Shown in pieces: positions 1-12,675 of a DNA stretch of 64,000 bases. This DNA comes from Macrostomum lignano (Eukaryota): positions 62,001 through 126,000 of the forward strand of contig NIVC01001704.1 in assembly GCA_002269645.1 (NCBI GenBank). The letters run 5' to 3'. A program made the translations under genes and the position numbers. The notes below the pieces were generated by a model, which saw only the letters and a program-made list of their open reading frames with translations, ran no database searches and was not told where the DNA came from. The stretch's first letter is position 1; the number at the start of each line of letters is the position of its first letter.

Positions 1-1
1 A

Positions 2-590
2 AAAGACGGCCAAAGATCAGCAGAGCCGGACACAGACCAGAGGCATTCAGAGCTACTATGCGAGTGCACTTTGACTCGACGAACCCTGGATGCCCGCGAT
101 CGAAACTTCTGCCGGCTCGCCACAGCCGCAGTCGACCACGCCGCAGCCGCAGCCTCTGCAGCTTCAGCTGCACCAGATGCCGAAGACTTCCAGCGCGCTG
201 GCTGTCGGGGCCGGGTGGCCAGTTTGGGCGGCGCACCTGCTTGTTGTGGTCGCCTGCTTCGCCCTGCTGTGCGTCAGCTTCGCAGCCTACCATCGAAAGC
301 AGCTGCGGGTGGCTGCGGCCAAGCGGCACCGGCTAGCGATGCGCGGCCGGCCGAAACTGCGTATGATGTCCAGCGTGTCCGGCTGCGCGACCTTCGGCTC
401 CGACGGCAACGGAGGCCACCCGAACGCCTGCGGCTGTCCGCTGCGGCTCAGCGCCGACATGGGCGTCCCGTTTGGCGGCTCGCTCGGTGGCGCCGGCTTC
501 GCGGCGGACTCCGGCAAGCGCAAGGGTGGCGGCATGCTGATGTTCGACTTCCGCCGGCAGTCGGGCAGGGGCGGCCCGAGCGCGATGTGA
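2..590 (+). CDS. C-terminal part of a single-pass membrane protein (Pro/Gln stalk, TM helix, basic juxtamembrane, Gly-rich tail); probable frameshift near 110-120
   Basis: Frame of ORF 90..590 has hydrophobic WPVWAAHLLVVVACFALLCVSFAAY followed by HRK and GC3-rich codons, stop at 590. That frame has a TGA at 72-74, while frame 2 upstream reads ELLCECTLTRRTLDARDRNFCR (Cys-rich flank-like), implying an indel. The gene begins before the window. Confidence 0.55.
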
Positions 591-737
591 CGGGCGTGAC
601 TGCGCCGGAAGCCTCTGGCCACATTGTCCCATTGTAATTCCTCACTATAAATTCTGCCTTTAATGCTCTGCTATGCAGCTTGAAGTCTCGTTTGTTTCAA
701 TTCAGTGAACAGCGTTGAATTGCGTGCTTTATTTGCG

Positions 738-1084
<347 letters not shown>

Positions 1085-1093
1085 TCATCATCA

Positions 1094-1370
1094 TCACAAT
1101 ATACTAAATCTCTAATCACAATATACTAAATCTCTAAGGTTTGTCTGTCTGTCTGACCGGTATTCCATAAATCTCTAAGGTTTGTCTGTCTGTCTGACCG
1201 GTATTCCAGTCTACAGCCTGAATGCCTGAACCGATTTTTTTCAAACTTGCTTTATTCAATTGCAAATTCTTGTGAGATTGTGTGGATCTAATTGCATTGA
1301 AAAATTCGAATGAGAAGTTGGTTAAATATTCGAAAAACGAGTTTTCCCAATGCTTTCAATGGGCGGCTAG
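1094..1370 (+). mobile_element. Putative non-autonomous Helitron (Lep1/DINE-like)
   Basis: TC start after A, AATATACTAAAT 5' block, internal (GTCT)n, GAACCGATTT block, imperfect hairpin CCCAATG/CAATGGG then terminal CTAG at 1367-1370. The base after CTAG is A rather than the expected T. Confidence 0.4.
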
Positions 1371-1677
1371 AAAAGGTCAAAATCTCACTAACTGAATTTC
1401 AATTCCATTAAGATTGCGCCACAACTTTTCTCTGTTCACTGTGTACGCCTCAATACTGGCTGCAATAAGGGAGAGGAAAATAATGCTCAGTGGCGGCGTG
1501 TGTACATTTTTCTCTGGCAGACTGCATAGACAGTTGCTATTTATAGATTTCACTCAACTGTGCATTGGCTCTGCCTGCATACAACCTGTGCACACTGAGC
1601 AGCCTATCACTGCTATGTATTTGACTGCAGTGCCGAAGCATATATGGCTGATTTTTGCGCCCTCCGATGTTAATGTT

Positions 1678-1717
1678 GATGCTGATGCTGATGCTGATGC
1701 TGATGCTGATGCTGATG
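1678..1717. repeat. (GCTGAT)n microsatellite
   Basis: Visible hexamer repeat. Confidence 0.9.
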
Positions 1718-2789
1718 TTAATAAAAGTTTTAGACGGCAAAGTGGATAACTGCTGCTAAGAGTATTACTGCAGCCTGTTTTGCGGGATTAAAAGGGATAG
1801 CTAATTTCAGGTTGTTGTGGGGATAACTGCCGATTTCTGGGGGGAGGCTGAGAAAGGTTAACTTCGAACTGCTGGAGTTGGTGAACTTTTTGAATAGTAT
1901 AAGGATTTTTTGACCATCTGTCAATAGGCAGCCTAGCTATGCCTGTTACTATAGAAGGCAATAACAGGCATAGGCTAAGCAGAAAGTCGGCAGTTCGAGT
2001 CTGCATTGAAGCAGCGAATTTATCTTTGTGACCTGTGAGAATAATCATTGTCATGCAGGTATTAAAAATTTAAATTTAAAGATACTTTTGCTGGGGCTGC
2101 GTTAAGCTTCTAGAGCAGTGCTAATCAGTGAGCCGTACAATGCAGTCATAGGCTGCTAAATTGCAGACGATGCTGCTAAGCAGCTAAACTCCTGAAGGTA
2201 TTGCTAAATGCTGAGTTGCGCAAGACTGGCGATATGTATCGAAAATTGATTAGTGAGCCGTAGTAAATGCTGAGCAAATTTTTAAATCATTCAGGGGCCA
2301 GCTGAGAGAACTGCAGACTGCTAAGGGGATAAATGAGAATTATTAAGGAAACACTTGCTGACTGCAAATGAATTGACTGCAGACTGCTGAGGGGAACAGC
2401 AGATTGTTGAAGGGATCATTGCAGACTGCAAAGGGGACAAACTGCAAACTGCTGACGTTAGTTAGTTTCTCGAGACTTATGAGCGTATAAGCTGCAAACT
2501 GCTGAGGGGATAGCTGCAGACTGCTAGGATAATAATGGCAGACTTCTGAGGAGGATATCTAACTGTGAATAGTTTTAGCTTGCTGTGGGGACAATTCTGG
2601 GTCCTTGAGGGATAAATGAATAATAATAATAAAAGTTGTAGAGTACAAATGAGTTGTACGACTGCAGTCTGTTTTGCGGAATTAGAAGGGATAATTTCAG
2701 GTTGTTTTGGGGATAACTGCCGATTTCTGGGGAGGGTTTAACTTTAAACTTCTGAGGCGATAATAGTAGTCGCCTTTTAGCAGTTTGGG

Positions 2790-3115
2790 AGTGGTGCTAA
2801 TCTGGGGAGCGGTGCTGATTTAAGGGAGTGGGGGCTAATCTGGGGAGCGGTGCTGATTTAAGGGAGTGGGGGCTAATCTGCTGGATTAGGGCTAATCTGA
2901 GGGATTGGGGCTAATCTGGGGGATTGGGGCTAATCTAGAAGAAGTAGCGATGCGAATTTTTGCGGAGTGGTGCGAATCTGGAGAAGTAGTGCTAATCTGG
3001 GGAGGTGAAACTATCTGGGAAGCGGCGGTAATCTGTGGAGCAGTGCTAATCTGGGGGAAGTGGGGCTAATTTGGTGGTGTAGGGCTAATGTGGGAGAATA
3101 GTGCTAATCTGGTGA
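2790..3115. repeat. Degenerate G-rich ~19-20 bp minisatellite (GGGGCTAATCTGGGGGATT-like)
   Basis: About 15 diverged units. Confidence 0.85.
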
Positions 3116-3489
3116 GGATTTGAAAATAACTAATAATCATAAAAGAACTATAAATGAATTGACATTGCAAAGTTTCAAACATTAAGAAATGTAACTTTTT
3201 AGAACTTTTTAGCTCTCAGTAAAATTGGTGTACAACTGCTTAGAGATTTGCTACTGCAGAACTGCTTGGAGATTAGTGTGATTTGCTCAGCGACTGTGCA
3301 AAACTGCTTATAGACAAGCGCTAAATTGCTAAGAAGCCACCCGGAGGGGGGCAAAATGGCTAGTCTACTATCTATAGCCAGGACCTGCACCGGAGCGGTT
3401 ACGAAAATTAGATTTCTCGGTAGTTGCACGTACTCTTTTGCACTACTTGAGTAGTCTGATTTTCGTTCGGCATGGCTGGTTGCAGCAGG

Positions 3490-3596
3490 TAGTTCCTCTG
3501 GATAAAAGCGCTTACCGCGCCCATTGGCTTTCCAGCTGCCTTAATCGTTTCCGGTGATCTTGTGTGCGTGCTTTCAGCTTGATTGGCTGCGGCAAG
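3490..3596. repeat. 107-bp dispersed direct repeat, copy 2
   Basis: Identical to 978-1084; ends exactly where the inverted-repeat arm begins. Confidence 0.95.
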
Positions 3597-3919
3597 CAAC
3601 TGCTTAGCAACAGGTGGCACCAGCTGACTGTGGACACGCTGTTGCAAATTTCTCTAGTTTCGCAGATCAAGCCTCGACAGTGGGCAAACCTTAACTGCTG
3701 GACATCCTCAGCTGGTCTCTCAAGCATTTCGTCGGCATCCCAGGTCAACTTCGGGTGGAAAACGGATTGAAAGTGCTAGACCACTGGGCTACGCCCCCCC
3801 CCCCCACGTTCGCGAATGTACCAGCAATAAACCTACGAGCGATAAACCTACCAACAATAAACCTACTTTTAATAAGTGCTGACACGTGCCTCGCTTCGCT
3901 CGCTCTTTCTCGCTATCTA

Positions 3920-3972
<53 letters not shown>

Positions 3973-3997
3973 CATCTATCTATCTATCTATCTATCG

Positions 3998-4029
<32 letters not shown>

Positions 4030-4669
4030 GTGCTTTACTCAGCCAGCGAATATAATGGTCCAGGCTTACAGACAGAATAGCCCCCTTCCATTAAAGGAGT
4101 TTCCCATGGAATGGTCTTGGCTCTTGCTAATGTATAGGCAAACAGAAGACATCTAAAATACCGCTTCCAGTTAATGTAGAAAAAACTGAAAAATCCAGGA
4201 AACCAGGGCATTTTTCGACTCTGAGATCAGAGATTGCGTGCTTCTTCGAGGGGAACTGCTTCGGATCAGTCGATCAGAGGATTGCTGTGTCATCCTTTGC
4301 ATGACGAGAAGAGAGAAAACAATATAATAAAGTTACCTACTGTTCCTTTATTACCAATAATTTAATTTTAAACTTAAGGCACGTGTCAGCACTTATTAAA
4401 AGTAGGTTTATTGTTGGTAGGTTTATCGCTCGTAGGTTTATTGCTGGTACATTCGCGAACGTGGGGGAGGGCGTAGCCCAGTGGTCTAGCACTTTCAATC
4501 CGTTTTCCACCCGAAGTTGACCTGGGATGCCGACGAAATGCTTGAGAGACCAGCTGAGGATGTCCAGCAGTTAAGGTTTGCCCACTGTCGAGGCTTGATC
4601 TGCGAAACTAGAGAAATTTGCAACAGCGTGTCCACAGTCACCTGGTGCCACCTGTTGCTAAGCAGCTGC
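3596..4669. mobile_element. Foldback/MITE-like structure: ~295-bp inverted repeats (3596-3891 and 4377-4669) around a ~485-bp spacer containing (TATC)n
   Basis: Arms are near-perfect reverse complements (few mismatches, one C-run length difference); three ATAAACCTAC subrepeats; TTAA precedes GGCACG at 4374-4383. Confidence 0.75.
3913..4028. repeat. (TATC)n microsatellite
   Basis: Visible, slightly interrupted. Confidence 0.95.
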
Positions 4670-4930
4670 GATGATTAACGGCTGCGCCGTTCTATAGAAG
4701 CATTTTGACGAGATCATAAGCTGGCGGGCAGAAATCGGGACATGGAATCGTTAATTCTTGCTAAGCTTAGAAACTTGGTAAAAGTAACGAGTCGATGAAC
4801 CTAAAGTTTACTTTGTAACGGATGCGGAAAGTTCGACAGCGATGCGATGAGGTCCTACAGTCAGTAAATCGACTGCTACCAGTCAGAGCAACATGTATAT
4901 GTTTCTTTTAGCAGAGGCATATACGGAAAA

Positions 4931-5869
4931 TCAGTCGCACACGCGGGCCAGTCCTGCCAGCTGCTCAGCGCTCAGCTTCCCCTGAGCGATGCCGAAGCAG
5001 ACGATGGTCCCCGACAGACAGCCATCGTCGCTGTAAGACGAGTAGCCCAGCCGGATCACCGAGTCCACGGCTTGTCCGCGGAATGTCGAGCTGACGAAGT
5101 CGTAAACCCGGCCATTCAGAAAAGCGAAGGCGCCTGTGACGTTGCTGGCGGCCACGCCTAGGAAGAAGCCGCTGGGATCGGCGTCCGTCTGCCTGAACTT
5201 CGAGGTCGAGGTAAACTGCTTTCCCAGGTGCGAGTACCTGAAGATCAAGTCTTCGTTGGTCTCGTAAATATCCAGCTCATAGTTGATCTTCACATACACT
5301 GTCTTGGCCTTGTAGGGCCGTCGCACCTTCATGAAGAAGCTCACTGCTCTCTCTCCTTTGCGATCGATGAGCGCCGTGAGACCTCCCGGGATGCTCAGCT
5401 TCAGGTATGACGTCATCCTCCCAGCAAAGTGCAGTCCACTCGAGTCTCTCGTCACGTCGAAGGCCTCGGAGCTGATGCTCGCGCTGCCCGCCGCCTTCTC
5501 GAGCGACTCCCTGAAGTCGAAGAAGGCGAGGAGCTGCAGCAGGACGGGGGCCAGCGTGAGGCTGCTGCACTGACCGAGTTCTTCCGAGGTCGACCAAAGC
5601 GACAGCTGTGAGAAGTCGGCAGCCAGAGAGCAGACGGAGTCTTTGAAGTGAGCCGCCTTGCACTTCGGCAGCCGCAGCGTGCACACTCGGATGCACTGGA
5701 GCTGGCTGGGCAGCTGCAGGAGCTCCGCTGCTGTCGGGTCCGCAGTGGGAGGGCACAGCTGAGTCCACTGCCACCGCCACCGACTGGCGCAAGCGGGGTT
5801 CGAACCCCCGACCTGCTGCAGGGACAGGACCAGCAGGTTAAAAATGAACAGCACCAGCATGGTTGCCAT
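4931..5869 (-). CDS. Intronless secreted protein, 312 aa: signal peptide, PAN/apple-like domain, LamG/concanavalin-A-like jelly-roll domain
   Basis: MATMLVLFIFNLLVLSLQQV signal; QCIRVCTLRLPKCKAAHFKDSVCSL PAN-like Cys pattern; LLAFFDF...LSGTIVCFGIAQGKLSAEQL LamG-like termini; GC3-rich. Confidence 0.8.
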   Translation of the reverse strand: MATMLVLFIFNLLVLSLQQVGGSNPACASRWRWQWTQLCPPTADPTAAELLQLPSQLQCIRVCTLRLPKCKAAHFKDSVCSLAADFSQLSLWSTSEELGQCSSLTLAPVLLQLLAFFDFRESLEKAAGSASISSEAFDVTRDSSGLHFAGRMTSYLKLSIPGGLTALIDRKGERAVSFFMKVRRPYKAKTVYVKINYELDIYETNEDLIFRYSHLGKQFTSTSKFRQTDADPSGFFLGVAASNVTGAFAFLNGRVYDFVSSTFRGQAVDSVIRLGYSSYSDDGCLSGTIVCFGIAQGKLSAEQLAGLARVCD

Positions 5870-6329
5870 GTTATCGTGAATTGAATCTGTCTGAACTCGG
5901 ATTCGGAGAAGAAAAGTTGTTGAAGAGAATAGTTGCTATATGCTGTTTTTTAACTCTTTTCCAGGGTGTGATAGAATTGTTGGTCTCTGATTGGCTGCTT
6001 CTCCGGTGGGTAGTTATTTTCTCATAACAGTCCTCATAACAGTCTCTTTATTCTACCGGTATACGCTATACATGTTTGAGCATAAAGCTGACTTGCTGCG
6101 AATCAATACTACATGTCTTCTCTAATTTCTGGTGTAAGCTTCCTTCGTGTCAGTTAAATTTTGTATCTATACATGTAAGGTACTGTTGATAATTTTCATA
6201 CTGATGTAACCACGTTCTGGTCGCGGGATAGGGCAGGGGAACTTTTTCGAAAGTGCCTCCTATCGCCGTGCACCCCCTGCACAGAGCTATTGAGACTCGG
6301 CCAGGTCTTCGACCAGGCCTGGAGACTCC

Positions 6330-7000
6330 CGCTCTGCTGCACCCCCCTGCTGCCTTGGCTCCATCTCCCCTGCCGCCACACTTGCCTTTCCGGAGCTCCC
6401 CCTACCTCTCTGTGCCTCCCCCTCCACCCTATCTCTTCCTATCCCTCCACCCTCTTTTTGCCCCTTTTCGCACTATTTTCCTGCACTGTCCCCCCTTTCT
6501 CTGCGTCTACTTACAGTATTTTGTGCGCTCACCGCCACCCCATTCCTTCTCAAACTCCCAAACGGTGACGCAAGTCGTGTGACCCCTTCTTCCCCTCGAT
6601 GACTCATCGATGACTCATCCCCCTCTCTTGCGCAACCTTTTCTCACGCTATTGTTCTCCTCCCCAAATTTCTCATGCGACACCCACCCCACCTCCGCTTC
6701 TATTGTTCTCGTTTTTGATTCTTTTGTTCCCCTTACCCCCACCAATTATCACATTTTCTCCGATTTTCTCTTTCTATTGTTCTCGTTTTCGCACCTAATT
6801 ATCACCTTTTCTCCAATGTTTGCTTTTCTATTGTTCTCGATTCTCCCCAATTATCCCCGATTTCCAATTCCTTTGTTCTCGACCCCAGCCCCATTGTTCT
6901 CAATGTTTGCTTGCGCAACACTTTCTCGACCTCCCGCTGCGCCAATTATCCCCCCACCCCACCTCCGGATTGCGCAATTCTCCCATTTCTCATGTTGCTA
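6330..7000. repeat. Pyrimidine-rich low-complexity region
   Basis: Strong C/T strand skew; overlying ORFs are compositional. Confidence 0.7.
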
Positions 7001-7114
7001 TGCCGTTCTCATGCTTCTCATCATGACTCATTCTGACGTCATTCTGCCGGCAGCCAATCAGAGAGAGGGAGTCATGGAAACGACCTTGGAGCGGCGGCTG
7101 GGAAGGCTATATAA
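6599..7114 (+). promoter_or_regulatory. Pol II promoter: three AP-1 sites, CRE, CCAAT, TATA
   Basis: ATGACTCAT at 6599, 6610, 7023; TGACGTCA 7034-7041; CCAAT 7054-7058; TATATAA 7108-7114; followed by an ATG-free ~310 nt stretch ending at donor CCG/GTAAGT (7447/7448). Confidence 0.65.
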
Positions 7115-8300
7115 GGAAGCGATTTTTAGCATGAGAATCCTCAACTCTGCGTTCCGGTCTCCTCAGACTGTGCGTCTCCTCGTCCTTCTTTGGACTTGCC
7201 GTCAGACGTAGCTCTGACCTATTCGTCTGTAGGACGAACCTCTGCCGGTCCGCGGTCTGATACCGCCCAGCTACCTTAGCTCCCAAGTGAGCTCGCCTAT
7301 CGGCCAGCGGCATCATCAGCATCGCCTGATCTACATCAGCGCCTCGTCGCTGCAGCGCATCGCCGCTTCACTGTCTGCCTGACTGCAGCCTACAGCGCCC
7401 TCGGTCACTCCGCCGCTCTCTCTCTCTCTCTCTCTGTGCAGCTGCCGGTAAGTTCCTATTACTAGTTTGTGCTCTAATCGCCTTTACTTATCCGGGGCTT
7501 ACCTATTTCCCATTGCTTAATTAGAGAGCTGAGCCAATTGTGATACCGTAACATTTTGCTGTATTTTACTCAATAGTGAAGCCGCCTAATTGCCTGATTA
7601 TTTGCCTAAGGGCCTAATTATTAACTATTAACTAACCTCATCATTATTCACTCTTTCACCATCATTTCACTCATGGCTTGCTAAGCCTTTCTCCCGGGGT
7701 GGCAAAGCATAAAGAAGTTGGGTAAGCTATTGGCCTCTCCCCGTGCAAAGCCCGCCTGTGAGTGCGTGCTGCGGGGCCGTGTGTGCGTGCAGTAGAGGGA
7801 TTAGCGAGTCTTGGCACAGAATGGCAGTAGGAAGGTTGCAACCCCATGCTTTGTCCCTTCGCCCTGAGCAATCTAAACTATAGACAGCACATGTTCGTCT
7901 CATACTACTCTTAGTAATCAAAGTCGCAAGTCAGCCTCGCTCACAGCCACAAAGGATCCCCTGCTGAGAAATCCTCCAGATTGAGCCCAGAGTTCCCGAT
8001 CATGCCCCAAGCAGAGTCCCTGTACTCGGCTGCATGTGTCTCCCCTGTTAGCCTAAATCTCCTGGTAACCATCCCAGGCGGGGCTCTAGCCTCGAGAGGT
8101 CTGGTAGTAAGATCCAGGTGCGCCAGGTCACATAGAGTGGTGGCAGCCACTCGGTCATACTATGACCGAGTGACCAACTATTGCACCTTGGCTACAGGTG
8201 GGGTCCATCATGTGGGTCCTTGGCCCTCTGGTCACAAAGCGCTACCAAAGCTATCAATCATGTGGGCAGGACAGTCTGGAATTATTCACTTCCGTTGCAG

Positions 8301-8718
8301 GAATGTATTCCGACAGTAGTGGCGCAGGAAATCGCTTTTTGGTGGTGAAAGCACAGAGGACCTAGCGGATTTTCACCTAAATACAGGCCACTCCAAAGAA
8401 CTTGAAAAGTAAGTTCTTGAATAAAGATGAGCGCGCTTGCATGACCAATTCATCTGCAATCTCGGCAACCAAGGTTGTCATCGGCAAAGACCATAAAGCT
8501 CTGAGCTTAAAAGAAGCCGTAGCAGAAGCAGAGGCACATTAAAGCCTGCCTGAGAGTCAAATAATGAAGTCAGCACCCAAGACGGAAAGTGGTTCAGTTC
8601 TGAAGGTGGCTTTTAAACACCCAAGGACTTCCAACTAAGAGAATCCAGTCAGACATCAACTACAGAGACTACTTCTCGGGAGTCGCACCAACCCGATGCC
8701 AGTTGCAAACTCTCGCAG
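8301..8718 (+). pseudogene. Candidate degenerate exon of the transcript driven from the 7.1-kb promoter
   Basis: Acceptor TTGCAG at 8300, ATG 8303, donor CAG/GTAAAG at 8718/8719; the ATG frame has four TAA/TAG stops; no recognisable homology. Confidence 0.35.
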
Positions 8719-11700
8719 GTAAAGTAACTGCACATCTACATGTAGATTTCAATTATTTGAGTTTAACTACTGAATCTTTATTTGGTTCAAATAAAGAAGC
8801 CAAACGTAGGATTGGATAGAGAAAAATGAATCTAACGGAATTTTTTTCAACTTTTTTACTTTTTAACACAATTTTATCTACATTTTTGGATAAGTACCAA
8901 TACCATGGATGTCAACTGCAGTATTCAGATCACATTCTACACAAAGTAAATATAGAGTAAAGAGATTGACAAATGCCTGCCTGGAGACTAAAGGTTAATA
9001 TCGGATATAATTTTTTCTAGGAATTAAAATGGTCCTTATCTAAATTTAAAAAAGCGCTGCTAAGTTTGCATGTTATAGTTATAGTTTGTTTGATTTTATT
9101 TCACGAAAGCGAGACTTTGCAGGAATTTTTCAAATGTTTTCCAAGGCAGAAAAGGCGAACTATATCTTCTTGGTAGTGATAAAACAAGCTCTGAAGTTGC
9201 TTTGAACTACAAAGAAAGTCGTTTTTATCTTTAGTATAGTTTCTAAATTTAAGTTTTTAAGGTCCTTGGACCATTTAGTGCAAGAAAAAACACTTTGCTA
9301 ATGGAGAGTTTAAATTTACGGCAATGAAAAGTTCTTTGCCCCCCAATTTTTATTAGAGACATGAGGCTGTGTATGAAACCGAAAAGTAATGCTTTTAAGC
9401 GAACTTGCTTTCATTTTAAAGAATTCTCACAAATAATTTTCGTCTCCCGCACCAGATTGCTAGTAATTGCTATATGCTTCTTCAAACTCTGGTCTCTGTA
9501 GACCTAGTGTAAGCTTTCCAAGCCTTTAATAGGCCTAATTACAAGTTTTTTTTTATAAAAATTAAATGATAATTTACAGTTAATTGGCTTTTCTTTCATT
9601 TTACTTTGTTTTAATAACTTTTAGAGAAAAAAACAACCATGTCAAATAAAGTTGCTTGCTGTTGCTGGGCACATAATATGAATAAATTATTAACAATAAT
9701 TAACAATTATTTTAATGCATTGACTTCATACAAATAGGCCCCTATTGATTGTTGGTTTTTTATTCACAACCAACCATGTGGGTTTTAAAATTAAAATTTT
9801 AGGTTAGCTTTGCATGTGTTGCATTTCATAAATTGTAATACAAAATAGTACTTGTTATGTTAGTTAAAGCAATATATTTTTATCTAAGAAATATAAAGTG
9901 TGTTCTTATTTATTTCAATTCAAAGCAGAAAAGATTTTCTTTAACTTGTATATATTTATTTGTTTCAAATAAGAGAATTTTTAGATACTTGTATAATATT
10001 TTCATTTTTATTCATTTTTTGATTTAATGTCTAATGATTTTATATACAAAGCCTATAAGGCTTTAAAGTAAATTATTTGTTCACTTTATTTTCCTTTTTT
10101 TGACACATTTTTTGCTTATTTGCTAGAGTCACTAGCTTTAAAGAATAAAAAACAATTGTTTTTGGTTGCTATTGTTTCAATTAGACATAATAACAAATGA
10201 ACTGTTTGCCTTAATATAGACATTTTAGTAGACAAACTGATAGTGATAATAGACAAAATGACTTACCAAAAAGAAAAAAAGTAAAATCTAACCCTTAACC
10301 TAAAAAAATAACCAAAACCCAAAAACCAAGATCAAATGATTTTAATAAAAAAGGCTAATATCAAAGCAATCAAGTCTTATTTAACTAGGCCTCAGTTGAT
10401 CTAATTCTATCATCTATTAAAAAAGCTATACTAGGCCTAATCAAACTAAAGTAATAGTTAAGGAATAAAGAAGTCAACACTAAAATTTATTTTTGAAATA
10501 TTTAATATTGTGTATAAATCTTAGATTTTTATAACTTATTTTTTAAGGTAGATGTCATTTTAAAATATTTTAAATTTATGTTGCTTGGTTATGTGAAGAA
10601 ATTTTGTTTGAATCAATGGTTTTTTATTTGCAAAATATTAGTTTAAATGCTTATATTTTGTAATTTTATCTAATATATTCTTATTTCCTCTAATTAAATA
10701 TTTATTCTTTTTAGTTTTGCCTTCTAATTCTTTGATTTATTTCAGAAAAAGCAAAGCGTTCTAACTTAATAATAAAAAAACTTAAATTGGCAGAAAGAAA
10801 GGAGAGAACTGTTAGAAGATAATAAAACTTAAGATTAAAGTTTATTTAATTTTGCTTAAAGGCTAGACTATTGGTATTGGTAAATCAATGGTAGACTAAT
10901 GGAAAAAAAATATATATTATTTATAGGTCTATTCATACTATTTTCAGCTTATAGCTTAGCATTTCTAACAATATTTATATTTTAAATAAAGGCTTATTAT
11001 AATCTTAATGACTATATATTATACAATATAATTGTGATTTAAAAGCAATAAAATATTGACTAATTATTTAAGAATTAAAAAATGTAAATAGTGCCTTATT
11101 CTAATTTATATTTGTTTAGATAGTTTAAGTAGCTTCTAGTTCTAAGCCATTTTATGGGATCACATGTATAGCATTAGAAACATTTTTTAAATATCTCACC
11201 AAATTTCATAGTATACAAATAGTACAATTCACTTTTTAGACCTTTTCTAGATTATATATATTATTTTAAATTTCAAGTATAAATTATAAATCATTCATTT
11301 TTCAATTTTAGAATGAAAAACTCTAATTAAAGTTTTATTTTGTGTATAACAATAGAAGCGTTTTTAAACTATGTCTGAAATTATTTAGAGATAAAACATT
11401 AGAATGTATCAAAACTTGACTAAATATTGTTAAACAGTTGAAAACTTAATCTATAATGTCAGTCATTTAGCCATTTGCTTTTTGCAGTCAAAAAGTTATG
11501 ACAAGAATGTGTATTTGTAATATTGTGCATTAGCATATTTTGGCACCAAAATATTTTTAAGTACTTATAACTTTCTTCTATATAATCTTATAGAAATAGA
11601 ACATTATGCTTTCAATAGAAATTATCTTTGTTGTTTTGTTTAAGTTTCAAGGTATAGGCTAAAATCATTAAGTAGTAATAGTTTTCCAAAGTTGAAATAT

Positions 11701-12196
11701 TTTTTGAGTAGATTTTGAGCAACTTTTATATTATAAATGGATTTTTAAATAGCTCTATTAGTTTAGGTGTAATCTTTTTGAATCTTTTTGATTTATATTT
11801 TTGAAAGTGTCCATTTCTTGTGAAATAACCTTTCTTTTTTAATAATTCAGAAATCAAGTTTCTGTTTATTTTTTATATAATATAATATAATTACATAATT
11901 ATTCTTTTTTAGCATATCAGAAGATAGATAGATTTTCACTATAGGAATTTTTTGAGCTTTTCTAATATCAACTAGGCAGTATTGAGTGTGGCAGAGTTAT
12001 CTTAAATATTTGGCAAGCAGACACAATTGTTGTCATACAAGAGCATAGGGGATAGAGAGGAAGTTCTGTTTAGCCTGGCTAAATGGGTGGAATCTGTTGG
12101 GTGTCACAATCATGACCCTGGAGTTAAAGTGCAAATAAGCTAAACCCAAGAGACACATTCTGCATTCTGGGGTAGATGAATCTGCCTGTTGAAAGA

Positions 12197-12210
12197 GTTA
12201 CCATGGCAAC
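12197..12210. promoter_or_regulatory. RFX X-box (GTTACCATGGCAAC)
   Basis: Match to the palindromic X-box consensus beside a CpG-containing segment (12250-12420); second match GTTACTATGGCAAC at 12796-12809. Confidence 0.6.
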
Positions 12211-12675
12211 AATTGCTAGTGATTGCAAACAACTCAATGGTGACTCTAGCGACCCTTGTGACTTTTTACCAACTCAAACGACAAATATGACAGTGAGGTG
12301 ACTGTTGAGAGCGCATCACGTGAATTGCAGAATCATAGAAGTCGCGAGAAAGTCGTCCAAAAGTCGTGTTAACTTCTACAGACTCAAGTAGACTAAATGG
12401 ATGTGGGTCTATGAAAAAATACCGGGTCCGATTTTATTAACAAACTTAATCTGTTTGCCCTCTAATTTTGTTTTAAATTTTGTTTATTTTGTTTTGTTAA
12501 ATTTTGTTTTGTTTTGTTTTGTTTTTGTTTTGTTATTTTGTCTAATTTTGTTTGTTTAAATTTTGTCTAATTTTGTTTATAATTTTGTTTAAAATTACCC
12601 TCTGGCAATTTTAAACAAAAAATTTTCCGTAGCAGCTTCGGTTTTAATAGTAGTCACCTATTGTCAAAACTGCAG

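Noticed and set aside
4463-4530. tRNA or tRNA-derived SINE head (GGGCGTAGCCCAGTGGTCTAGC)
   Set aside because: A-box-like only; no B box or cloverleaf
8303-8718. Alternative genetic code (all four stops are TAA/TAG)
   Set aside because: Neighbouring genes end in TAA/TAG normally (Jun TAA; CCDC60 and LDLR TAG); decay or indels explain it
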